Positions 1 to 11,700 of a stretch of 64,000 nt of DNA are shown one piece after another. Within the stretch, counting starts at the first letter, position 1. Every line of letters begins with the position of its first letter. This DNA comes from Lepidodermella squamata. Lineage: Eukaryota > Animalia > Gastrotricha. Position numbers and translations under genes: made by a program. The stretch spans positions 1,116,001 to 1,180,000 of the forward strand of contig JBLDXI010000011.1 in assembly GCA_047495785.1 (NCBI GenBank), written 5' to 3'. The notes under the pieces are model-generated. The model was not told where the DNA came from. It saw only the letters and a program-made list of their open reading frames with translations, and searched no databases.

Positions 1-286
1 AAATTATTTCCTCCTTTCCATCGTGGACTGATTTGACGGGGCTGAAATAACGGGGAATTAGGTGGAATTAATTCAAGCGATGCCGTAAAGATTCGTACCA
101 TGGTGATAACATTTTAATTTTAATAAGTGGGGATGCATTGCTTATTTGTCACCTCCGAAAATGTCGCCAAAAAGAAAAACTTTATATTGCGTGAAAGTTT
201 ACTCCACATTATATAGTCTGAAAAAGGATATTTTTGTTCTGATTTGACTAAGCGCTTCACATCGGGCTGATTTGACCCGGCTGAAA

Positions 287-2554
287 CCCAGTCGGAAATC
301 AGTAGACCGAGAAATAGCGGAATGATCGAATTAGGATCGAATAAAGACCTATCAACTATGATCGTGGAAATTAGGTCACAGCTAGACCGAGGCGACCATT
401 CAAACAGCCCGAATCGTGTAAATTGCGTCTATACCCATAGATCGAGACTCCTCAATCGCCAATAGGTCAGATTTTTTTCAGATTCGGACAAGCCATCGCC
501 ATTATTCAGCACATGTAATTATTCCACGCAGGCCTAGCCACTTGGAGCAGGCCAGGGTCGTTTTAACAGGATCTAACCAGATCGATCTAGCCAAGGTCGA
601 CCCACAAGCAGCGATGCTCTGATTTGACCAATAACCGAGCCACGTTCTAGCTCATCAATTTCACACACATGGATCTAAGGCGATAGATCTAGAGATGACC
701 TACGGCAATATTCAGGTCATAAATTGTCTTGCTCGATTCAAAATTGGTTTGAGTCCAGCACGTGTCGTTATGACGCAGCATTGTTACAGCATCGGATTTC
801 TGAACTACTTTGAGAATGAAATAAATCTCTCATTTCGCAATTCTTCAACCTAATGTTCAACCGAACTTGTTATTTTTCATCATAATTTTGGTTTGGTTTT
901 GTTGAGGCTGACTTGCTTTTTTCACTGCTATGCTAAGGGCTAAGGCTATGCTGCTACCTCATCACTCTTAGTTGATAGTATTAGTAAACTTATTATGAAA
1001 CCACATAACCGCTAAACCACATGTAGTTTCTAGTTTTCGAACCCCAATTTAACCGACTGGGCTAAATAAACTTCAGTCACACATTTCATATTTTTAGAAT
1101 GTTATCAATTTCTATGCCGATGTCACGGGCGAGATATGGATAATCGTAATTATCGCGGACTTCCTGCGCGGAAGCGTGGAAATTCGGCCGTAGTACAGGC
1201 TTGAAATGACCGTCTATTTTTTCATGAATTTTGTTAATAATTATTTTTACTTATGCAAATTTCGCGAAATTAAAAAAATCTTATTCGCTCAAGTTTTATA
1301 TCTATGATCTTATTTGATTTTTGCTCTGTCCAAAGATATAAAACTTGAGCGAATCCGAATTTTTTTTGAATTTCGCGAAATTTGCATTCGCTTGATAATA
1401 CTTTGAGCGAGCTAAAAATAGCTACAAAAAACCTAATAGCTATTTTTAGATTTAGCAGTATCACGCAAAATCCCAATATTACAAGTCAGAAAATTTCGCG
1501 AAATTCGAAAAAAATTCTGATTCGCTCAAGTTTTATATCTTTGGACAGAGCAAAAATCGAATAAGATCATAGTATTTTTCTCGGAATTTTTCGGCTTAAA
1601 ATGAAAAATTTTACCGTCCTGAAAGACTCTTGAAATGGCGATTTTTCGTAAGCCTGAATCTTCAGCAATTTTCGCCAAATACTAATCGTTTGTCGAATTC
1701 AACCACCGTGAAATCTTGTTGGTAAGAAAAATGCATTTAAACAATATTTTGTTTTATGGTATCAGCAATAATAAAAAATTGAAGTTATTGAATTTTGTTT
1801 CTTGATGCAAACGATGGTTCAAAACTTTGGGCGAATTTCAACGCGAATCTCGATCGAAGTGAAAATGGCAAGTCAATTTTGCAGCTAATTTTTATTTATT
1901 TTTTTAGAAAAATGTTTAGGTTCACCGTGCCAAGATAACGTGCTCAATTTCCTTGTCGCCGAGTCAATTCGAGCTCCCATTTCAGGTAAGACCCAGTGAT
2001 TATTGCAAAAAATGTGATTCTCATCTTAAATTTATTTTCGCAGAGATAAAAGTTCGCATATTTTCGCTGGAATGAAGTAGCGAGTGACGAGTGACGACGA
2101 GAAGGTGAACTCGAGGCGGCTACGACTTAATTTCTGGAAAATTGAATCGACATTTCAATCAGAGGGACATTTATTTATATTTATGTGATTTGTGACCTAT
2201 TGCTTCATCGTGCTAGTACGACGAATAGAATATTGCGAAACTTATTTTTAAATAAATAAATGGAAAACAGTGGAATAATTCCTTTTAATGACAGTAAATG
2301 AACCAAGTAGAGGAACAGCTGGGGCCGTGATTCATGCGGGCAGTTCAAGCCGGTGTTATGAACTGGATCTACGCACGATCTAATCGCGAAAATTTAGACC
2401 TACCGCCAGTCTATCCATCAGGATCTATCCGCCGTCTAGGTAGTCGCTAGCTAGATCTACCCCAGTGTCATTTTTCGCATCCTACACGATCTATCCAGAT
2501 AGACCCAATAATAGCGGTTCGGGTCTAGCTAGGATCTATTTTTTTACGACTGGG
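287..2554. mobile_element. Non-autonomous CMC/EnSpm(CACTA)-like DNA transposon, ~2.27 kb
   Basis: Termini CCCAGTCG...CGACTGGG, 2-bp AA duplication and many subterminal GATCTA motifs at both ends. The paralogous empty site at ~3490 (GGCTGAAATGTCGACAC) matches the joined flanks GGCTGAAA|TGGCGGCAC. Confidence 0.7.
1253..1572. repeat. Overlapping inverted repeats / MITE-like hairpin inside the CMC-like element
   Basis: 1300-1384 is the reverse complement of 1491-1572, and 1253-1300 pairs with 1334-1387. The spacer GCGAGCTAAAAATAGCTA recurs in the 3' flank of the amplified gene (e.g. ~50705). Confidence 0.75.
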
Positions 2555-5411
2555 AATGGCGGCACTCAACAACATACGCTAACAGCGCTGATTTACAATG
2601 GGTGCGTTTCTTTATCTCCAACAGAGATGAAATTATTAACAAAACAAGCCATAAACAGGCCATTTCTTTATTTCTGTTGAAATTATTAGTTCAACCAGAA
2701 ATTATTTCTTTATTCTGATTATTGTTGGAGCTACTATAATAATCAGCTAGCGTTTCATTCATTAAACATGTTTCTTGCCCGAAATTATCAACAACCTACC
2801 GAGTCGTTTTTGGAGCGATTTTTTCTAAGTCGCACGCATCAACGACCCGCCCAACGAAGGCAGAAGAAGAAAAAACTCATTTTCCTGCCAATTTTTTCCA
2901 AGTTATGCCTGATGATTCATTATGCCAAGCAACAAATACGTACTATTAATTTATGGGCGTGCGATATTTCAGCAGGAGACAAAACCGCAGGCATTTTTTG
3001 ATATGATGCGATTATGTGACAATTTGAGAACATTACGATTCCAAAATAGTGCGCAATCGTTATTCGGCGACATTTGCGCTGGCGACAGCCCAGCAAGGGA
3101 CAGATCAGCCTTAATTGACAGTCGAAATGCGAGCTCAGTTTAAATACAAGTTCGGATTAGATTTATCAAATTCTGATGAAATTTCGGCTAAATTGCTTCA
3201 TTGTCACCAGCTGAAATGTCGTCAAATAAACCAAAATTTTTGCAAAAGAATAATTAATTTTAGCGTGAAAAAAATGCGAGTAATGCGAGCGTGGCCGTCA
3301 GTAACGATTCGGATCATAGTGATCACATTATAATAAGTGAAGCTACATTGCTTATTTGTCACCTGCTGAAATGTCGTCAAACATAGAATCTTTTGGATTG
3401 CGTGAAAGCTTGCTTCACCTTCGAGTCTGGAAAATGACATTTTTGTCTTGATTTGGCCGAGCGCTTCACATCGGGCTGATTTGACGCGGCTGAAATGTCG
3501 ACACTTAATATCATAGCCTAAACGCGCTGATTTGCAATATTTCCTGTTGATTTCCTATTTGAACAATTGAAAAGTTAATCGATCGCAACATTATGACTCT
3601 CAATACCGACTGAAATTTCAGTTGGCCAAAGGCCAAATTATTCAACCTGTCAAAATATTACCGATTCTATTGACTTCTCAGGTCGCCATAGCAGTTACAT
3701 AGCTAACTATTTCTTTATTGATTTAATATAATAACAAAATCAGAGTGCTTCATTTGATAAACGAGATTTTGTTAATGCAAAAAATCGAATAAAGAAATGC
3801 CTCTGATTATTGTTTTTGCTACTAACAAAATCAGAATAAAGAAATACGCACTGTTGATCGTTTTTAACATAAATGGATAAAGAAATGGTCTCTGTTTTTT
3901 GCCTTGTTTTCAACAAAATCTGTTGAGAATAAAGAAACGTACCCAAAAGAAGCAGCAGCTGGAGCGTTCAGATGCCTACGGTTGAAAAACACGGAAACGT
4001 CATGACCCTGCTCAATGCGGAGATAGGGTGGGGCAACCGACGTTACCCTACCTTCGCAAAAGGTCGGAAGAGTGGTTCCAGGACTGCGTGGACGACCAGC
4101 CGCTGAAGAAAGAGAAGACGACAGCACACCTTCCCATCAGACGGGTCGAGGGTTGAAGACTTCAGCGCGGTTGAAGTAGGTCGTGAAATATCGGACGAGG
4201 CCAAGGCAAAGCTTGAAGAAGAAAGCCACGGCTGTTGCAACATGATTTCCAAGGAGTGCTTCCAAAGCGACATGTAAGGACTGCTGAGTGAGCAGTTGGT
4301 TGACGATGAAATCGGGCCGGCGATACGGGCGCTGCCCCACTTCTGTCCAAATAGAATCAGGACCCTTGGAAACGTGTACAGAAGCCAAACAACAGGGGGT
4401 CATTTTTGACGCCAACCGAGTCACCCCAAATGAGGGTTTGTGTTGTTCCCATAGCGTGAAGGTATGGTCTTCGGTATTGGCAATTCTATTTGGTCTTATT
4501 CTATTTGGTCTTTCAAAATCTGGTATTTTTGAGACTTTGTAAAACTTGGTGTTATCAAAGCAAATGAGAGTTTTCATCTTTAATAACATGGGGAATTCAA
4601 ATCTAAGTCCTTGTCTATATTGGCGTGGGAAGCGAGCAAAATTAAATTGCGAATTTTTAACTAAAGAATTGCCTAAACCTGGACGTCGAGTTGTTGGAAG
4701 TTTACGCCGATTGACTAAGGAATATTTTTGTGTGTCTACCACTTCGCGTGGTCCAGTGGCAGAAATCGGAAGCCTGGCGAAGCCACTTGCTCTACACTAT
4801 TAAGAAGCCTATTTTTGCAGGGAGTTACTTCGAACTTCGACAGATGGCGCTAATTCTACAAAAAAGCATCAGATTTGAGTTAACGGTACTGAAGCATAAC
4901 GGCCAATGGCCTACAGCTTAATAACATTAATATTAATTATTTCCAGCTAATTAGAGAGAAGTGCTGTGCTACTAAGGCAATCGTGTGGTTTCTGAGCGCT
5001 TCGAAAAAAATGGCATGTATTTTGAGCGGAGAAATTTCTCAATTTATCACAGTTCACACAAGCGTGATACATGACAAGAAAAGAAGCCATGGTCAATGGT
5101 TGAATGTCGTTGCTTGGTGCATCCCAGTTCTACAAATATGAGTTGTGCGTTATGCGTCATTTCGGGTTTCGCCATTGTTAGTAATTACTTTTGCTTTTTG
5201 CTATTGCACACCTCATGCAGCTCAGACTTAATTATTTTTCAACAATAGCAGTCAAATCGCAGTCAAACTCTAATTTTAAATGAGATTTCAATACGCATTG
5301 CGCGTTGAAAAGCATGTAAATTAGTTTTTTGCTCAGGTTAATGTTGACGCATCTCATTTGCGCGCTAATTGTCGCTGTAAAATTCGCTGTAATTGTCGCA
5401 TGCTCTAGAAC

Positions 5412-6254
5412 ATGGCCGAGCGTCATAGTGGCAAAAGCGATTCCAACTTGTCGTTTTTTTCCCCGGATGATGTTGCAAATTTGCGTTTAGCAACTCCTAC
5501 AGCCAAATCATTCAAATTTCCAAGACCTATACTTTCAAAAATACCACGCGCCAATGAAATAATCAGTCAGCATAACGAAAATGTACAGGCATTGCTGGAC
5601 AGGCATTGCCAGTTAATCAACAGGATCTCATCTGCTGTCGACAAAATGGAACCGTGTCCGCTAAAACGCGAAATTCAACAAATACTGGATGATGCTATCC
5701 CTATGCATGATTTGGTGATGAAAATACGCCCATTCTCGACTGACACGGAAGACATCAATACTAACGCGAAGCGTAAATTCGTCAAGTCTTTTTGCCAGGA
5801 ACTGAAAGAAGTGACAACTGATGCCGAACTTCTTGACTGCTTGAAATCATCTCGAGCTGTTGGAGACATTTCTCGATTTCGACACAGACAACCAATTCCA
5901 TTATCTGCGACAACCGAGCAAATCATGGAGTATTTGAAGGAGGATCTCTGTGAGTTGAAAAACACGTCTGCTGTCACTTTGTTCAGAGCATTTTATGCTG
6001 GCAGAAATTTGCATTTTTTAAAATCCAAAATTCGACGGGAGCGTTTGCGTATAAACTTTCACAGATATGTCAAGGATAGTTGCAAGATTTCTAAATCTTG
6101 GACAAATAAAATTATCGCTTTTTATTGTGCTTATAAGCCGTTTGCGAAACTCATGCTTTGTAATATATCTTTTGAATCAATGTATAGATTACGAAAACGT
6201 ATTGTGAGCTTGATGAAGCAACCGCAAGTTATTGAATGGTATAATAGTCTTTGA
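5412..6254 (+). CDS. Intronless 280-aa hypothetical protein with a basic, helical C-terminus (possible DUF3102-like helix-turn-helix; likely TE/virus-borne)
   Basis: 843-bp ATG-initiated ORF with AATAAA at ~6422. The C-terminal pattern AGRNLHFLK...FHRYVKDSCKISKSWTNKIIAFY resembles small HTH proteins (inference). Confidence 0.55.
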   Translation: MAERHSGKSDSNLSFFSPDDVANLRLATPTAKSFKFPRPILSKIPRANEIISQHNENVQALLDRHCQLINRISSAVDKMEPCPLKREIQQILDDAIPMHDLVMKIRPFSTDTEDINTNAKRKFVKSFCQELKEVTTDAELLDCLKSSRAVGDISRFRHRQPIPLSATTEQIMEYLKEDLCELKNTSAVTLFRAFYAGRNLHFLKSKIRRERLRINFHRYVKDSCKISKSWTNKIIAFYCAYKPFAKLMLCNISFESMYRLRKRIVSLMKQPQVIEWYNSL

Positions 6255-6931
6255 AACTTCCGTTAATTTATAGAACGTTTCTATTTATAGAGCGGCTCGC
6301 ACGCGAGCCGGCTGGCAGAAAGCTTCGCAATTGAAACAACAGAATGTCTGCTTTGTTTCAAATGTTACCTCTTACCAATGCAAGATATGCGCAAAAGAAG
6401 CCTATGTATTATCTTGTTTTGAATAAAACTACGCTTGATTTATGGTCGCATCTGTTTTTGCCGACATGGGTCTCGCGTTTATAAGAGTAGCAGCCTGGTT
6501 GATAAGCAAAATTTTTAATTGAGTCAGCAGTTATATGATGAACTGTTGCCATGAGAAGTAGCCATTAGTATGGGAAGAGAAAGTTAATTGAGGACTTGCT
6601 TGATGTTGTGCGTCGTATAAGCCATTTCGTTTCATTTGACATCTGACTAATAAAAACTAATTTTCTCATGTCAACCTGGCGACTTGGTTAGACAAACAAT
6701 CAGGGGATTAGTTGAATAGTTGCCTGATGTCTGACTACCCTGTCTGAGGTACCTGATGAACCTGATGAACACGCCGAATGTGGAAAGGGCTCACTAAAAA
6801 ACATCGGCTAATAAATACAGTAAATCTGACACGCTAGTACATGCCGAGATTTGTTTCTCCTTTCGTTCGCGCTGAGGAAGAAATCACTTGATCTGTGTAC
6901 TGCAAATACTGAGCAGTGATCAACTGTGAAA

Positions 6932-7155
6932 GGTCATGAGACGTAGCTAGGACGCCGGAGCTTGAATCCCGCCATACAAACGGACGTGTTGGCGTTATGC
7001 ATGCTTGAATATTCTGAATAATTTCCCTTTTTTTAATTAAATTTTCAGGGTTTAATACAAATAATTATTTTATTAATCCCTGAAATTTAAAAAGTGTTGA
7101 GTTTAAATGTTGAAAGGTTAAAAAAATCGGAGGCGTCGACGCCTACAAAGCTACA
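6932..7155. mobile_element. MITE end (TCATGAGACGTAGCTAGGACGCCG family), inverted relative to the copy at 9484-11295
   Basis: Near reverse-complement match to 11165-11295 plus 10150-10240. Confidence 0.7.
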
Positions 7156-8748
7156 CTGTAAACAATTGGGTATTGATTACCCCGGGTATTTACCCTTTTT
7201 CAATTTTGTGAGGGGTAACTGCTCTCGTCTATTTTTTGTGATAATTCGCTCCTTAATTTATAATTATTCTAAAACATGTTAGCATGCGTAAACAACTTTT
7301 AGGATAAACTCCAATAAATGTCTCATGGTCAAGGATGGTAAAAATTTTATGTAATTCTGAGTCTGCATTTTTCAGCCAAACTCCCTGACGATGGTAGTAA
7401 TAGTAATCAAGTCGTATAAATCCAAGCCATCCAAGCCAGGCAAAAATGGTCTCCGAATGAATTTGAAGCCCCTCTCTGATAATACGGTATATTCGGTATA
7501 CCAGCCGAGGGCTGGATTTTAAACATAATAACCAATCAGATTCGATCGCAGCCGAGTTTCAAGATCTTTGGGATTTTACTTTCCACGCAAATTTTCCGCT
7601 AATTTTAATGCCCCAACGGAAAAGTCGAACTTGGTAAAATCGAGAAAATCGATATTTTCATGTCGGATGATTTTAGTCACATTTTTGGTTGTCGGATGAA
7701 ATAAGACATTGGTCGGATAAACAAAGACATTGGTCGGATGAAAAAAGTCACACCCTCCTAATTGAGCTGGAGCTATTCGGTTTCGCAACGTTAGCATTTT
7801 AGCTTCACCGATTTGAGTTGCAAATTACTTGCATTCAACTCAAATCAGCTGAATCTTACAGATGTTCTCGTAAATCAGATTCCGTTATACAGGATTAACA
7901 GGGGAACGCAGGCCTAACCCACTTCAATTCTTTAAATTCGAATATCCTAGTTACCAGAAGTCAGATTTTCTTTACTGTTTACTGCTCGAGGTTCACGCGG
8001 TGAATATTATTTAACGGTAGGTAGTTTGTTTTTACATCGCCAGTACCAGTACATCGCCAGTACATGTAATAGTGAAACTACGTCGATTGAAAATTATAAA
8101 ATTATGAAACTACTGAATCGAGATTATTTTAGAATACTGATTGTAATAAGTTAATGAGAGCCGTTTATTAGGCGAATGGTGGCTTGTTTAAGGCTTCAAT
8201 GTTTGCATCAATTTTTTAAGTCAAATATCAAATGATAATTCTCTATTGAATAGATTCCAAGCCATTTGGTGAATTTGTGGGTAGTCATTTTTCCTATTAT
8301 TGACACGAAAGATTGCAGCTATGTTTTTCTCCATTCGATAATAACGACCCGAATGGGTTTCACACAAAGGCATGTATAATAAATTAATCATGCAACCATC
8401 TTCACCAGGCATGTGCAGCAAAACAAAGCTGAGTTCATAGCTGCCTCAAACAATAACGGTATCCATAGCCAGCATCAAAATATTCCGCACCAAACCATCA
8501 ATAAGATCGAAAAAATAGCGAGATGGTTGTGCGAACCATTTCAGTGGAATCTTCATTACTGATTCGATAGCATGTTGAATTATTGAAAGCACAATTGTTT
8601 ATTCAGCTGCGATAGCGAGTGTTAAGATATTCTTTTGTCGAGATTTTTCTGGTATTTAATTATTTAGTGTACTTAGAGCAGATAGCCTGAGGAGATTTTG
8701 AAAACGCTAAGGTAGATTAATCTCAGGAGGGAGAAATTTACTGTCGAA

Positions 8749-11700
8749 ATGCCGTTGAAAACGGCCTTACAAGCTCTGATAGCCCTTATAGGGCTGGCTG
8801 ATTTTGCTGGGGCGCAGCTTAGTTCGACTAATTTGCTAGCGTTATGGCCCATGAACAAACCGTTCGGGCGAAATCCGACTTCTGGAGATACGACAATTGC
8901 TCTGCAGATATCCGGTTCATCATCATCGTCATTGCCGCTTACAACCGGGAACACCGGCGTGTCGAATACTGCGTTGCGAAGCTCGCAATTTTATTCGAGG
9001 CCCATCGCTTTCAAATGGCCACTTGCCACGCGAACGTCACCTGTCACCATTTCATTGTGGGTGAAAATCGGTAATAACGGCGAGCCTTTTTTTGACTGCA
9101 ATTCCGACGGCACTGAACTGATGATGTCGCTGGTAAAAGATCTCACGAACAACAACAAGGTGAATTACAACTTGGGATCATCCGCTAATAAAACGTCCGG
9201 CTCGGCAACTAGCCACACGTTCAACAACAATGCATGCAATGTTGCTGGCAATTGGGCTTTTATGGGCATGTCCTGGGATCCGTCCGGATCGAAATTCAGA
9301 ATAATATGTAATAGCGATACTTATGACGGTCCCAATTGGTATGCAGAATACGCCACCTCAGGAATGTGCTACTTGGGTGTTAACAAGTTAGTTTAGCATG
9401 AAGTATTGATTATTGTTACTTTTCAGTAGTTACTCCTTGGCCTCTGATTACGTTAGCTGTTAGCTAACACGAACTGATCTTCATCACGAGACGTAGCTAG
9501 GACGCCGCAGCTGGGTTGTTAACGAGAAAAATGCTTTGGCAGCGATTATTAGGGTCAAAGGTCACTTTCTGAATGACCTCATTAAATGTTCGCGCTCTCT
9601 TCATCCTTTTTTATGTGAAAAAAAGAACGTGAAAAAGAAAAACAGCTAATTCATGCAACTTGTTTGAGTTGCTTTTTTCTCAAGAAAGTAGTTTGCTAAG
9701 CAAGGTTCCCAAACTTTTTGTCTCGTATGACACCCACAGTATCTTATCAGAATGGCGCGTGAGACTCGTATGACACCCACAGTATCTTATCAGATTGGCG
9801 CGTGAGATTTAGTGCAATTTGTTAAGCTGCAAATTGACTACTTGTTCAAATTGGTTTTTTGATGGCAACCGAGCTCGAAATAATTAATGAAATCCTGGGT
9901 GAAATTTCAACTAAACGTGAGCGAAACTGAAAAACCAGGAAATTTTTAGAATTTCGACACTGAAAAACAACGTATAACAGCATTAGTCATTTTGTCATTT
10001 TTATGCCCTTGGGACACCAGTGTCACAGAACACTTGAAAGTTGGCTTACTACACGAGTGTCCTTACAAGACACGTTTGGGAAACGCTGCTCTACATCTCA
10101 TAGTTCAAGTTCTCTCGATCTGTGTGTTCCGACTTGGAACCTGATTCTAGCTTTGTAACCGTCGACGCCTCCGAGTTTTGTAACCTTTCGGAATTTCAAC
10201 TTAATACTTTTTAAATTTCAGGTATTAATAAAATAATTATTTTGACGCCTAATTGAAACAGGTTGCCCAAATTTTAAATCTGCAGGTGAAAATGACAATG
10301 CCTGCAGCGCATTGTGTGCGCAGCGCATTTTAATGAAACGCAGCGCAAATTACGCAACCTGCAGCTTGATATAAATGAATGCAGCGCGATTTAAGAAGTG
10401 CGCCGCTTTAAGACTTGATACGTAAAGACGTGAAATTATTCCCCGAATTTTTGTAAAATGCATTCGAGAAGTCACTTTTAACTAGTATTTCCGCAATTAC
10501 AAGCGGCTGGGCAGTTTTCGATGAACATGAAGGATGATATGTTTCCATCCTTTTTTCAATTTCACCCGGCGGGGACCGGCTGGTTTCCTATTTCCAGGCC
10601 CCGCCAGTGCAGCTCAGGGCACTGGTTCTAACGGCTGGTTCTAGGTATTGGTTGCACGTGAGCCACGCCACCGATGGCTGCTATAAGGGCAAACTATAAG
10701 GGCAGAAACGGTGTGAGGTATTCGAATGGCGCCGCGTGGCCTCAACTAGTAACCGTGTTATTGACCTCATTTTCAGCGCCCTCGCACTTTGCACGCGGGT
10801 TGTTCTTGTGACTAGTACCGCACAGGTTGTAGCGCCACGGAATGCCGGGTGTGCCACGCGCTCCTACCAGTTTTTCATTCTATCATGGCCCATTGACCCA
10901 CGTGCCAGTCGCAATCGCGTCGAATAACCCAGCACAGATTCAACAAGTGATAATCGGCTATCGGCGCGTGCTTCCGCTTGTTTTCTCCGCACACCTTGCA
11001 CCTCCTTAATCGTACTGGTGACAGCCGGCGCCCCATCGCGCAGAGCCACCGTAAAGACGTCTGGATAAGTGAACATGTGGGCTTCACAATTGGGTGCGGA
11101 ATTAGGAATTGCGCTGCGCGAGTGCGCTGCAGGTTTCGAAATTGGGCGACGGAGCGGTGCGCCTTATTTTTATTAAACCCTGGAAATTTAATTTAAAAAA
11201 AGGGAAATTATTTAGAATATTCAAGCATGCATAACGCCAACAAGTCAGTTTGTATGGCGGGATTCAAGCTCCGGCGTCCTAGCTACCTCTCATGATATTC
11301 ACCTAATACTTGAAAACCTTGGTTAACAAATGCTGTCTTGATATTAAGGGGGACTGTCGATTTGTTCTATGGGAATTCGTACGCTTGTCTCTCCATTTAC
11401 AAGGAGGCAGCTAATGGTCCGGCTGACGTGGCGGCTTTGAAGGCGGCTTGCACAGCTGCCCAAGGTGCGTTGAATGTAATACCATTCCGAAACTTTTCAA
11501 GCATGGTTTTGCCTTTCGATTAGCCGAATGCTCTTTGAACTGCCTGCCGGAGACGTGCGCCTTCAATGGCACAGCCTACAGTTGTACTTGCGACCCTGGA
11601 TGGGCTGGAAATGCAGCATGTACCGTCCGTGAGTTGATATCGAATAATATTGATACCTTCCTCTTCTAATTTAATTCAAGTCCAACTGTCAACTATTTGT

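Larger units (their letters stand above)
84..3540. repeat. Degenerate direct repeat (84-286 plus 2555-2600 vs ~3300-3540), first copy interrupted by the CMC-like element
   Basis: Shared blocks such as CATTGCTTATTTGTCACCT and AGCGCTTCACATCGGGCTGATTTGAC.CGGCTGAAA. Confidence 0.75.
9484..11295. mobile_element. TIR MITE in intron 1 carrying two nested insertions
   Basis: TIRs TCACGAGACGTAGCTAGGACGCCG / CGGCGTCCTAGCTACCTCTCATGA. Uninterrupted homologous arm at 6932-7155. Confidence 0.7.
8749..11464 (+). other. Signal peptide plus LamG3/pentraxin-like (ConA-like) domain, exons 1-2
   Basis: LLALWPMN..., VTISLWVK, WAFMGMSWD; exon 2 FYGNSYACLSIY...DVAALKAAC. Confidence 0.65.

Noticed and set aside
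7690-7745. 21-bp repeats (and the 43-bp repeat at 9722-9807) as CRISPR-like arrays
   Set aside because: Simple tandem duplications without unique spacers, in a eukaryotic context.
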